Source: Candidatus Lindowbacteria bacterium RIFCSPLOWO2_12_FULL_62_27 (lineage in GTDB: Bacteria > Lindowbacteria > 2-12-FULL-62-27). Taken from it: a DNA stretch of 64,000 nt. Below are positions 1 through 8,859 of the stretch, piece after piece. The notes under the pieces were generated by a model, which was given only the letters and a program-made list of their open reading frames with translations, made no database searches and was not told the DNA's origin. The translations under genes and the position numbers were made by a program. The stretch covers positions 186,001-250,000 of the forward strand of contig MFPR01000001.1 in NCBI GenBank assembly GCA_001784175.1. The letters run 5' to 3'. How positions within the stretch are numbered: the first letter of the stretch is position 1; each line of letters opens with the position of its first letter.

Positions 1-1136
1 CGGACCGGAGAACCGAACACCGCCATGACGGCGTCGCCGATGAACTTGTCGATCGTTCCCCCGTGATCGAAGATCGTCCGGGCGATTTGCTCGAAGAAGA
101 GATTCAAAATCCGGACCAGCTCTTCCGCCGCCAGCGTTTCGGAAAGACCCGTGTAGCCGCGGATGTCCGAGAAGAAAATCGTCACGTCCCTGGCTTCGCC
201 GCCCATTTTCAGGCCGTCCTCCGCCTTCAGCACGTGATCGACCACGTCCCGCGAGACATAGCGCTCCAGCATCGCCTTGTCCCGCTCCACTGCCCGCGCC
301 GCTTTGCGCACCGTCGCGCCCTCGATGACCGCGCCAATGATGTTGCCGATGACCATCATCCGCCGCAGGTCCGATTCGACGAATGGCAAAAGAGGCGCCT
401 CCAACTGCAATACGCCGATCACTTCGCCCCCCCGCATAATCGGCGCCGCGAGAAGCGATTCAATGCCGCCGGCGATGAGCGACCGGCCGATTTCCCGGTC
501 GGCGCCCAACGCGCTCTCGGGCACGTCGCTGAATAGAACCGCGCCGCGCTTTTCGAGGACGCTCCGGATCACTTTGCGGGAAACCGTCGGCGGAGCGCTG
601 CGCGCGCGGTGGGCCGCAAGTTCGGGCTGGGAAATATTTTTCCAGAGTATGATGCCGGCGGCGGACAGGGACGGAAAATCGCGCATGAGGATGTCGAGCA
701 GATGCCCGAAAAACGCCGGAAGATCGCGGTCGGCGGTCAGGAGCAGGGATATTTCAAAAAGAACCCGGTCGAAGGAATTCTCCTGAAACAATGGGTCATC
801 GGCGGGTTTGGTCATGAGCACGCTCATGGATTCCTTCGCCGCTTTCGCCTCCTCCGGCGCAGACGCCATCGGCCGGATCGTCGTCTCGCCGATCCGGATC
901 GCCGACCCGTTCTCGCAAATGCCGCCCTCCATCACCCGGCCGTCCAGCGACGTGCCGTTGGTGGACCCGAGATCCTCGAAATATATCCCGCCAGCGAGGG
1001 CGCGAATGCGCAGGTGCCGGCCGGATACGGCGGCGTCCTCAAGCCGGAGGTCGCAGTCCTCATGCCGGCCGACAATCATCTCGCCCGCAAGGTCAATCTC
1101 TCGCCCGCCGGTTTTGTCCTGAACGAGAATTTTCAT
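1..1136 (-). CDS. FHA + GAF + class III adenylate/guanylate cyclase (3' end runs off the window)
   Basis: Own translation, not in the ORF track. ATG at 1136, MKILVQDKTGGREIDLAGEMIVGRHEDCDLRLEDAAVSGRH (FHA GR..S..H motif). Catalytic motifs VTIFFSDIRGYT and GGTIDKFIGDAVMAVFGSP; Lys in DKFIGD suggests ATP specificity. Confidence 0.9.
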   Translation of the reverse strand, partial: MKILVQDKTGGREIDLAGEMIVGRHEDCDLRLEDAAVSGRHLRIRALAGGIYFEDLGSTNGTSLDGRVMEGGICENGSAIRIGETTIRPMASAPEEAKAAKESMSVLMTKPADDPLFQENSFDRVLFEISLLLTADRDLPAFFGHLLDILMRDFPSLSAAGIILWKNISQPELAAHRARSAPPTVSRKVIRSVLEKRGAVLFSDVPESALGADREIGRSLIAGGIESLLAAPIMRGGEVIGVLQLEAPLLPFVESDLRRMMVIGNIIGAVIEGATVRKAARAVERDKAMLERYVSRDVVDHVLKAEDGLKMGGEARDVTIFFSDIRGYTGLSETLAAEELVRILNLFFEQIARTIFDHGGTIDKFIGDAVMAVFGSPV

Positions 1137-1282
1137 TCATCTTCTCCTGCTTTGTAAAGGATCCAGTCCTTCCATGGTTGTAAAACGTCCGGGATGCCTT
1201 TGTCGTCGGAGGCGCATACGGGCATCGAGGCAAGGACAAACGCGAGCAGGATGGCGACCCTCATCGGAGCTGGAAGCCGCAT
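1133..1282 (-). CDS. 49-aa small protein with signal-peptide-like N-terminus, possibly a gene remnant
   Basis: MRLPAPMRVAILLAFVLASMPVCASDDKGIPDVLQPWKDWILYKAGEDE; its TGA overlaps the cyclase ATG (ATGA). Confidence 0.45.
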   Translation of the reverse strand: MRLPAPMRVAILLAFVLASMPVCASDDKGIPDVLQPWKDWILYKAGEDE

Positions 1283-1321
1283 AGAGGGGAAATGTAGCAG
1301 AGTTTGGGCGGAAGGGCTATT

Positions 1322-1783
1322 CTAAATTATGGCGAAGAAAGAGGCGGGGCTGATGTGGAAGCGTTTGCTGAGGCGTTCGATATGTTCTCTGGAGAGTTTA
1401 CGCTTTCCGTTGAGAATATCGGAGACGACGGATTGACCTCCCAAGTCGTCGGCCAAGTCGTACTGGCTCATTCCATTTTGTTCCATCAAGAACCCAAGCA
1501 TGTTCTCCGGAGAAACCTGCTGTCTTGGATACTCCTTTTTCTCGTACTCCACGATGAATGGAACGATGGCCTCCAGATACCTTTCAATGGCGGCCCGGTG
1601 GGAACGAGTAACATCCTGTTCCAGTTCTTCCATTAAAATTCCGGCGACTTTCGCGTAGTCCTGGTGCATTTGCCGATTCCGGATGGGCATGGGCGGCAAT
1701 AGGTCGTACAGCCGTTTCAGGAACCGGTTTTGAATGGGTCCTTTATAACGCAGTATTTTCTTCTCAAGCGTCTGTATCGTCAC
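1322..1783 (-). CDS. higA: HigA family antitoxin (C-terminal HTH_XRE)
   Basis: LGFLMEQNGMSQYDLADDLGGQSVVSDILNGKRKLSREHIERLSKRF. GTG at 1783 directly follows the higB stop, with GGAGA upstream. Confidence 0.88.
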   Translation of the reverse strand: MTIQTLEKKILRYKGPIQNRFLKRLYDLLPPMPIRNRQMHQDYAKVAGILMEELEQDVTRSHRAAIERYLEAIVPFIVEYEKKEYPRQQVSPENMLGFLMEQNGMSQYDLADDLGGQSVVSDILNGKRKLSREHIERLSKRFHISPASFFAII

Positions 1784-1784
1784 G

Positions 1785-2072
1785 TCAGTCTCTCCAGTCT
1801 CCATTGTCGTATTCTGCATGCGTTAAGATGCATTTAATGAAAATGGTACCCAACTTGTAATTGACCACGGAGATCAAACGGTATTTATTGCCCGATACGT
1901 CAAAAATGGTATGAGGCTTGACGTAATCGGCCATTCCGAAGGTCTTTTTCAGTTCAATCGGCGTCTTGAACATGTTGGTTTCGACGGTTTGTACCCATGC
2001 ATCCAGCGCCGAAGCCGCGTCCGAATGCTTCGTCGAAAACTCATGAACCAGCTCTTTTCGTATCAGTCTCAC
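1785..2072 (-). CDS. higB: HigB family toxin
   Basis: 95 aa, FDVSGNKYRLISVVNY...IFIKCILTHAEYD; toxin-first gene order; lower GC than flanks. Confidence 0.9.
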   Translation of the reverse strand: MRLIRKELVHEFSTKHSDAASALDAWVQTVETNMFKTPIELKKTFGMADYVKPHTIFDVSGNKYRLISVVNYKLGTIFIKCILTHAEYDNGDWRD

Positions 2073-2079
2073 CGACTAA

Positions 2080-2107
2080 ATAATAGCAAATTGCTATCAT
2101 TTGTCAA
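2080..2107 (-). promoter_or_regulatory. higBA promoter with overlapping inverted-repeat operator
   Basis: TTGACA (2107-2102), 16 nt, TATTAT (2085-2080); inverted repeat ATAGCAA-A-TTGCTAT at 2083-2097. Confidence 0.7.
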
Positions 2108-2173
2108 ATTTTAGCAGAGTTTATTCGTATCGTAACCGCCGTAAAACTGCTGGCTGGATAGGGAGCCGGGTAT

Positions 2174-5100
2174 TTGTGTCCATGCCCGGAGTGTGAGAAA
2201 ATGTGGGCCGACATGGACACGCTGACGCAAGACACGCCGATCCACGCCTTTCCGGAAGCGCTCCTCGCGTATCGGTTGGCGGCTCGCCTGAAGAATCAAG
2301 ACGCAACGCGCGCCATCTGGGGGTCCACGGCCGATTCGCTTCGCCGGTTCGGGCGGCACGTGCGGTTTTTTGATCCGGAGATCACGATCGCGCGGGCAAC
2401 CGCCGCGCGACCGGCTTCTCTTTCGTCCGCACGGGAGGAGGATCACAGGGATTGGACGCGCGCGCTCCTCCTGATCTGCGACCGCCGGCCGGGACTTGCG
2501 CTCTTGCCGGCGGACCTCCTGAATGTGCCCATATTGTCCATTGAGAATTTCCGCGCCGGCATCGTGAGCCTCTCGGCCGGGGACGAGGTCGATCGGACGG
2601 ACCTGATCGAAGCGCTGGTGGCGCGCGGATACGAGCGGGTGTCGACCGTTCGATCTCCTCTGACATTCGCGGTCCGCGGGTCGCTCGTCGATCTGTTCCC
2701 TCCGCAGGACGACCGGCCGGCGCGCCTGGATTTTGACGACGTGCGCATCGCGCGACTCCGCGCCTTTGATCCGCAGACGCAGGAATCCCTGCAGGACCTG
2801 AAGCTTGTTCGCGTCCCGCCCGGACGCGCGCTTCTGGATGATCCGGCCGACCCGCCGTCCGAGGCGCGAGCCACGCTCAGGGACTGGCTGGCCGGATGCC
2901 GCGTGTATCGGTTGGCGGAGGACGACCCGCGGGACGATCTGCCGGGGACGCCGCTGTCCCTTTTTCCGGTCGAGGGATCGGGAGAGAGACTCGAGGAGCC
3001 GGCCATGCCGCCGGGCATGGACGCGCAGGTCGAGGAAATCCGGAAGCTCTGGGCCGGCGGCTGGACCGTGGCGCTGGGCATGCCAGCCGATCTCTGCCGC
3101 CGCGTCGGCGATTTTTTCAAGGACAAAAAACTCCCGTTTGAAAAACTCCCGCCCGGTTCTTTTCCCGACACCTGCCCGGTCGGGCTCTCACTCATCGAGG
3201 GCGACCTGCCGTCGGGGTTCCGGGACAACGCGCGCAAGCTCATGCTTCTTTCCGCCACCGATCTCTTCCCGCGGCGGCGCCAGATCGAAAGCGCCGGGGA
3301 GCCGCCCGCGCCCGTTCGCGGGTACGCGGCACGCGCCATCTCGGACGTGCTCGAGCTGGCGGAGGGCGATTACGTCGTTCACGAGCAGTACGGCATCGGT
3401 ATTTTCCGGGGGCTCAAGCGCATCAAGACCCGCGAGGAAGAGGGCGAGTACCTTGCGGTCGAATACCGCGACAAGGACATCCTCTACGTGCCGCTCGACA
3501 AGTTTCACATGGTCCAGAAATACATCGGCAGCGGCCGGAGACCCAAACCGCACCGGCTTGGCGAGGCGGCATGGCAGAAAATCAAACAGACGGCGCGGAA
3601 AAAAATAGAGGCCTTCGCGCGCGACCTCCTCGGCCTCTACGCGTCGCGCGAGCATCACAGCGGATTCGCGTTTTCGCAGGACAACGTCTATCAGCACGAG
3701 TTCGAAATGCGGTTCACGTTCGAGGAGACCGCCGACCAGACGCGGGCCATCACGGAGGTCAAGCGCGACATGGAGGCCCCCAAGCCGATGGACCGGCTGG
3801 TGTGCGGGGACGCGGGATTCGGAAAAACGGAGGTGGCCCTCCGCGCGGCCTTCAAGGCCACGCTGGACGGCAAACAGGTCGCGGTGGTCGTTCCGACAAC
3901 GCTTCTGGCGGAACAGCACCGGCTCGTGTTCGAGGAGCGATTTCAGGGCTTCGCGGCAAAAATCGCCGGCCTGTCTCGATTCAAGGCCCGTGCGGAACAG
4001 GCGGCCATCCTCCAGCAGCTCCGATCGGGCGAGATCGATATCTGCGTCGGCACCCACCGGCTCCTTCAGGATGACGTGTCGTTCCGGGATCTTGGGCTTA
4101 TCATCATCGACGAGGAACACCGGTTTGGCGTCCGGCAGAAGGAACGGCTCAAATTCTACCGCCAGTTCGTCGACGTCATTTCGATGAGCGCCACGCCCAT
4201 TCCCCGCACCCTCTACATGTCGCTCATCGGCAGCCGCGACATCTCGGTCATCGAAACGCCGCCGCGTCTGCGCGTGCCCATCCATACGGATATCTTCGCC
4301 TACGACCCGCGCCTGATTCGCGAGGCCACGGTAAAGGAAATGCTTCGGGGCGGGCAGGTGTTTTTTCTCTACAACCGCGTCGAGACGATCGATCGCGCCG
4401 CCGATTGGATTCGCCGGGCCGTGCCGGAGGCCCGGATCGGAATCGCGCACGGGCAGATGACCGAGGAGGAACTCGAAACGGTCATGCAGCGGTTTTATCG
4501 GCGCGAACTCGACGTGCTGGTCACCACCACCATCATCGAATCCGGCCTGGACCTGCCCAACGCCAACACCATTTTTATTTTCGACGCGGAACGGTTCGGC
4601 CTCTCCACGTTGTATCAACTGCGCGGCCGGGTCGGCCGGAGCGACCGGCAGGCCTACTGCTATCTGTTGACGCCGGAAGGGTCGAAACCGATGACGGCGA
4701 AATCCCGCCGGCGGCTGGAGGCGATCGCGGCCATTGCCGGCGTGGGCGGCGGATACCGCGTCGCGCTGGAAGACCTGACGCTGCGGGGCGCCGGGAACCT
4801 CCTCGGGCCGGAACAGCACGGGATCGTCTGGGAAATCGGGTTCGAGATGTACTGCGAAATGCTGCGGAGCGCCATCGTGGAGCTGAAGGGCGAGCAGCAG
4901 GAGCCGCCGTGGAACGTGCGGATCGACGTGAAACTTCCGCAATTCATCCCGGAGGACCTTCTGCCCGAATCGTCCGAACGGATCGCGCTCTACCGGCGGA
5001 TCGCCCGGTGCCGGAGCGCGCGGGAGCTCAAGGAAACCGAGACGCGGATGCTGGACCGGTTCGGCGACCTGCCGCCGCCGGTTCTGAACCTCCTGCGGGT

Positions 5101-5326
5101 GCGGCTGCTCAAATTCGTATCGAAGGAGTTTCTCATTACCGAGGTCATCGAGTGGAGCAAGAGCCTTTCCGTCTACACGGACGACGCCCGCGCCGTGATC
5201 CACCAGACGGCGCGCATAAAGCCAATGCAGGTGACGCCGCGGCAGATCGAGTACAACCTGCGCGGCATGACCGCCGATCTCTTCCTGCAGAAATTGCTGA
5301 ACGCTCTGTCGGCCGGACTGGCTTAG
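2174..5326 (+). CDS. mfd: Transcription-repair coupling factor
   Basis: RID domain (GDYVVHEQYGIG), PMDRLVCGDAGFGKTEVA, DEEHRFGV, QLRGRVGRS, C-terminal TRCF domain. True start may be ATG 2201 or 2214. Confidence 0.96.
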   Translation: MCPCPECEKMWADMDTLTQDTPIHAFPEALLAYRLAARLKNQDATRAIWGSTADSLRRFGRHVRFFDPEITIARATAARPASLSSAREEDHRDWTRALLLICDRRPGLALLPADLLNVPILSIENFRAGIVSLSAGDEVDRTDLIEALVARGYERVSTVRSPLTFAVRGSLVDLFPPQDDRPARLDFDDVRIARLRAFDPQTQESLQDLKLVRVPPGRALLDDPADPPSEARATLRDWLAGCRVYRLAEDDPRDDLPGTPLSLFPVEGSGERLEEPAMPPGMDAQVEEIRKLWAGGWTVALGMPADLCRRVGDFFKDKKLPFEKLPPGSFPDTCPVGLSLIEGDLPSGFRDNARKLMLLSATDLFPRRRQIESAGEPPAPVRGYAARAISDVLELAEGDYVVHEQYGIGIFRGLKRIKTREEEGEYLAVEYRDKDILYVPLDKFHMVQKYIGSGRRPKPHRLGEAAWQKIKQTARKKIEAFARDLLGLYASREHHSGFAFSQDNVYQHEFEMRFTFEETADQTRAITEVKRDMEAPKPMDRLVCGDAGFGKTEVALRAAFKATLDGKQVAVVVPTTLLAEQHRLVFEERFQGFAAKIAGLSRFKARAEQAAILQQLRSGEIDICVGTHRLLQDDVSFRDLGLIIIDEEHRFGVRQKERLKFYRQFVDVISMSATPIPRTLYMSLIGSRDISVIETPPRLRVPIHTDIFAYDPRLIREATVKEMLRGGQVFFLYNRVETIDRAADWIRRAVPEARIGIAHGQMTEEELETVMQRFYRRELDVLVTTTIIESGLDLPNANTIFIFDAERFGLSTLYQLRGRVGRSDRQAYCYLLTPEGSKPMTAKSRRRLEAIAAIAGVGGGYRVALEDLTLRGAGNLLGPEQHGIVWEIGFEMYCEMLRSAIVELKGEQQEPPWNVRIDVKLPQFIPEDLLPESSERIALYRRIARCRSARELKETETRMLDRFGDLPPPVLNLLRVRLLKFVSKEFLITEVIEWSKSLSVYTDDARAVIHQTARIKPMQVTPRQIEYNLRGMTADLFLQKLLNALSAGLA

Positions 5327-5327
5327 A

Positions 5328-6503
5328 ATGAACTTTGACCCTGAGAAGGCCCGGCGCTGGCTCGAGTCGCGTCCGGAGTCCCAAAACGTCTTTTATGCAT
5401 CCGTCGACGTCCGCCGCGGGGCCGGCCGGATCTGCCCGATCGACGTGAATTTGTTTCCGGCCGGGTTCAACAACCTCTGTCCGGCCGACGCCGCCCGGCT
5501 GCCGGAACGTTTTCGTGAGGCGCTTGGCCGTGCCGGCGCCGGGAGCGGGTCGGCCGTCGGCGTCGTTGCGGAAAGTCACACGCGAAATCCTTTTTATGCC
5601 GAACACCTGCACGCGTTGATCGGCCTGTTGAGATGCGCCGGGTTCCGGGCGGAAGCCTCGTGCCCCGAATGCGCGGAAGATGTCAGCGTCCGGTCGGCGT
5701 CCGGGAAAACGCTCAACCTGCTTCCCATTGCGCGCAAGGGCGACACCATCGTGTTCAGCCCCGACTTCACGCCGGACATCCTCCTCCTCAACAACGACCT
5801 CGCTGCGGGAGTGCCGCTCCTGCTCAAGGATACCGCGCAACCGGTGGTCCCCCCGACATATCTGGGATGGTGCTACCGGCGAAAACACAGTTTCTTCGAG
5901 ACCTATGAAAAACTGGCTGCCGAATTTTGCGCAGAGGCCGGCTTGGACCCGCGGGCCATTTGCCCGCGCAGCCTGCGGGTGCCGGACGTCGACTTCAAAC
6001 GGAAAACCGGCCTCGACCGGATCGCAGCCGCCGTCGAAATCGTGTTGGGCGAAACTCAAAAATGGTGCGCCGAACAGGACATCCGTGAACCACCAACGGC
6101 CATCGTCAAAAGCAACCACGGCACCTACGGCATGGCCGTGATGTCGGTCACCCGCCCGGCGGACATTCTCAACATCAACCGGAAAACGGTGAACAAAATG
6201 CACGTCGGCAAGGGCAAAGTCCAAACCACCGATGTCCTCGTCCAGGAGGGCATCCCCACCGATGACACGGTCGACGGCTGTCCGGCGGAACCGGTGGTGT
6301 ACCTGGTGGGCGGCGAACCGGCCGGCGCATTTCTAAGGCATCACTGCGAACGCGAAAACAGCTACAACCTGAACGTCTCGGGAATGTCCTTCAAACCGGT
6401 CTGCATCCATGACCTGAAACCGGACGACCCCCTCCAGCCGGCCCTGATCGTCGCGCGGCTGGCCTGTCTTGCCGCGGCGCGAGAACCGGCGCCGCGCCGT
6501 TAA
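5328..6503 (+). CDS. gshA: Glutamate--cysteine ligase, GshA (PF08886-type)
   Basis: FYASVDVR...PIDVNLFPAGFNNL, ESHTRNPFY, LLNNDL, KSNHGTYGMAVM, VQEGIPT, AEPVVY. Confidence 0.85.
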   Translation: MNFDPEKARRWLESRPESQNVFYASVDVRRGAGRICPIDVNLFPAGFNNLCPADAARLPERFREALGRAGAGSGSAVGVVAESHTRNPFYAEHLHALIGLLRCAGFRAEASCPECAEDVSVRSASGKTLNLLPIARKGDTIVFSPDFTPDILLLNNDLAAGVPLLLKDTAQPVVPPTYLGWCYRRKHSFFETYEKLAAEFCAEAGLDPRAICPRSLRVPDVDFKRKTGLDRIAAAVEIVLGETQKWCAEQDIREPPTAIVKSNHGTYGMAVMSVTRPADILNINRKTVNKMHVGKGKVQTTDVLVQEGIPTDDTVDGCPAEPVVYLVGGEPAGAFLRHHCERENSYNLNVSGMSFKPVCIHDLKPDDPLQPALIVARLACLAAAREPAPRR

Positions 6504-6509
6504 CGATCC

Positions 6510-7409
6510 TCAAGCGCGCGGGTGCGATTTTTCGTATACCGCCTTCAGGCGCTGTTTGGTCACGTGCGTGTAGCGCTGGGTGGTCGAGAGCGACTGGTGG
6601 CCGAGGAATTCCTGGACGGCGCGCAGGTCGCATCCGGCGTCGAGCATGTGCGTGGCGAAGGTGTGTCGGATCATGTGCGGGTGAACATGGCGGTTGAGGG
6701 CGATGCGGCGGACGGCGCCATCCAAAATCATGCGCACTGCCCGCGCGGTCAGCCGGCGGCCCGCCGCGTTCAGCCAGACGGCGCGCCCGTCCCGGACCGC
6801 CCCGTCTTTTCGGGCTGACAGGTAGTCCCGGAGCGCCGACGCCGCAGGATCGCCGAAGGGCACGATCCGCTCCTTGTTGCCCTTCCCAAGGACCCGGATC
6901 CACTGCGCGTCCAGATTCAGATCATCGAGGTTCAGTCCCGTCAGTTCCGAAACCCGGATGCCCGTCGCGTACAGCATTTCGAAGAGCGCGCGATTGCGAA
7001 GCGCCAGGCACTGATCCTCCGTACCGCGAGACCCGCCGGAGCGTTCAATCAGTTTTGTGATTTCCTCCAGGAACAGAAATTTCGGAAGTCGCCGGGAGGA
7101 TTGCCGGGGCGCCTGAAACCCGGCGGCGGGCGATGACGGGAGCCGGCGGCTGCGCACCAGGTACCGGAAAAAACTCTTGATCGCCGCCACCTTCCGCCGC
7201 ACCGACGCCGGCGCCAGCTTGAGGTCGGCCAGGCGGTAGAGATAGGCCCGCACGTCCGCTGGCACGGCCGATTTCCATCCGGCGCGTCCGCGGCCGTCCA
7301 GAAACACCCGAAACTGCCACAGGTCCCGCCGGTAGGCCTCCAGCGTGTGGGCCGACGCCCCGCGCTCAATCTTCAGCCACGCGGCGAACCGCTCGATCTC
7401 CTCCTCCAC
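6510..7409 (-). CDS. xerC: Tyrosine recombinase XerC/XerD family
   Basis: YATGIRVSEL, GKGNKERIVP, HPHMIRHTFATH, LGHQSLSTTQRYTH; topA-trmFO-xerC context. Confidence 0.9.
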   Translation of the reverse strand: MEEEIERFAAWLKIERGASAHTLEAYRRDLWQFRVFLDGRGRAGWKSAVPADVRAYLYRLADLKLAPASVRRKVAAIKSFFRYLVRSRRLPSSPAAGFQAPRQSSRRLPKFLFLEEITKLIERSGGSRGTEDQCLALRNRALFEMLYATGIRVSELTGLNLDDLNLDAQWIRVLGKGNKERIVPFGDPAASALRDYLSARKDGAVRDGRAVWLNAAGRRLTARAVRMILDGAVRRIALNRHVHPHMIRHTFATHMLDAGCDLRAVQEFLGHQSLSTTQRYTHVTKQRLKAVYEKSHPRA

Positions 7410-7428
7410 CCCTCGCCCTCCCGGCCAC

Positions 7429-7496
7429 TGATATCATGATATCATGATATCATGATAGCTATCATGATATCATGATATCACTATATCATGATGTCA
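7429..7496. repeat. AT-rich TGATATCA-unit palindromic element, copy 1
   Basis: (TGATATCA)x3-TGATAG|CTATCA-(TGATATCA)x2 plus degenerate units. Perfect 44-bp palindrome at 7437-7480; 7437-7482 is identical to 61387-61432. Confidence 0.95.
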
Positions 7497-8844
7497 CTTC
7501 GGCGGAGGCCGCGAGGGACCGGGGGTCCTGCGCGGCCAGGTATTGCGCGAGCGACCGAAGGGCGCGGGCCGACCGGGCCTCGCGCGGGGCGCGGGGGTCG
7601 CCGCCGAGGATGCCGAAGTTGATGTTCTGGGGCTGAAAGTTCAGGGCACGGGCGGGGTCGCGGACCGTGCGGCAGAGTGCGCCGATCGCCGTGTCGCAGG
7701 GAAACGGCGCCGGGGGCAGGCCCGCCGAAATCCGGGCGATCTGCACCGCGGCCGCAAAGCCTGTCGCGCAGGATTCGATGTATCCCTCGACGCCGCATAT
7801 CTGGCCGGCGAAAAAGATTCGCGGGTCGGTCATCATCTGCAGCGACGCGTTCAGACAGCTTGGCGCGTGAATGTACCGGTTCATGTGGATGCTCCCGAGT
7901 TGCGCGAACGCGGCGCGTTCGAGGGCCGGAATCATTCGCAGGACTCGCCGCTGCTCCGGGTAGGTCAGACAGGTTTGAAATCCGACCATCCCCAGAATCG
8001 TGCCCTCCCGGTTGTCCTTTCGAAGCTGAACCACCGCGTGAATTCCGCTTCCCGCGCTTCCGTTGCGATCCGCCGGGCCCGGCCGCAGGCCCACCGGTTT
8101 CATGGGACCATGCGCAAGCGTCTCCACGCCGCGGCGCGCCATTTCCTCGACCGGAAGACACCCTTCGAAAAAACGCAGTTTCGCTTCGCCCGGAAGGTGC
8201 GGCTGGACGGTTTCAGCCGTCCGCAGGGCTTCCCAAAATGCCGTGTATTCCTGCTCGCTCATCGGACAATTGAAATAATCCTCTCCCTCTCCCTTCCCAT
8301 AGCGCGACGCCCAGAACCCGCGGGAAAAATCGATCGAGTCGGACATGATCCTCGGCGCGATCGCGTCAAAGAAGAAACAGGCCTTGGAACCGATCCTCCG
8401 CTGAATCGCATCGAAGAGGCGGTCCGACGTAAGAGGCCCGGTCGCGATCAGGACCGGTCCCGCGCCCTCCTCCGGGATCGCATCTATTTCTCCTCGCCGA
8501 ACCGTGATGTTGGGATGGGACAGGATCGCGCGGGTTACGCCCTCCGAAAAATGCTCGCGGTCGACCGCAAACGCGGCGCCGGCCGCCACGCGGCATTCCT
8601 GCGCGACCCGCAGAATAAGCGAGCCGGCCGCCCGGAGTTCCGCCTTGAGAAGACCCGGCCCGGTCGACAACTCATCCGAACGGAACGAATTCGAACACAC
8701 GAGTTCCGCGCAGCGGTCCGTGCGGTGCGCCGGCGTGTTGGACACCGGACGCATTTCCCAAGCCACCACCTGCACGCCGCGCTCAGCCAGCTGCCAGGCC
8801 GCTTCGGAACCCGCAAGGCCGAGTCCAATGACCGTCACGCTCAT
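7486..8844 (-). CDS. trmFO: tRNA (uracil-5)-methyltransferase TrmFO (Gid)
   Basis: VIGLGLAGSEAAWQLA, ELVCSNS, FFDAIAP, FFEGCLPVEE, GPMKPVGL, AGQICGVEGY. Confidence 0.95.
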   Translation of the reverse strand: MSVTVIGLGLAGSEAAWQLAERGVQVVAWEMRPVSNTPAHRTDRCAELVCSNSFRSDELSTGPGLLKAELRAAGSLILRVAQECRVAAGAAFAVDREHFSEGVTRAILSHPNITVRRGEIDAIPEEGAGPVLIATGPLTSDRLFDAIQRRIGSKACFFFDAIAPRIMSDSIDFSRGFWASRYGKGEGEDYFNCPMSEQEYTAFWEALRTAETVQPHLPGEAKLRFFEGCLPVEEMARRGVETLAHGPMKPVGLRPGPADRNGSAGSGIHAVVQLRKDNREGTILGMVGFQTCLTYPEQRRVLRMIPALERAAFAQLGSIHMNRYIHAPSCLNASLQMMTDPRIFFAGQICGVEGYIESCATGFAAAVQIARISAGLPPAPFPCDTAIGALCRTVRDPARALNFQPQNINFGILGGDPRAPREARSARALRSLAQYLAAQDPRSLAASAEVTS

Positions 8845-8859
8845 CGAACCGTTCAACCC

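Noticed and set aside
6510-7409. Tyrosine recombinase as a phage or island integrase
   Set aside because: XerC-like size and motifs in the conserved dprA-topA-trmFO-xerC context, with no cargo genes or att repeats.
7429-7496. Repeat considered as a CRISPR array or a dif site next to xerC
   Set aside because: No unique spacers and no cas genes; no 11-6-11 dif arms; an identical copy lies far from xerC.
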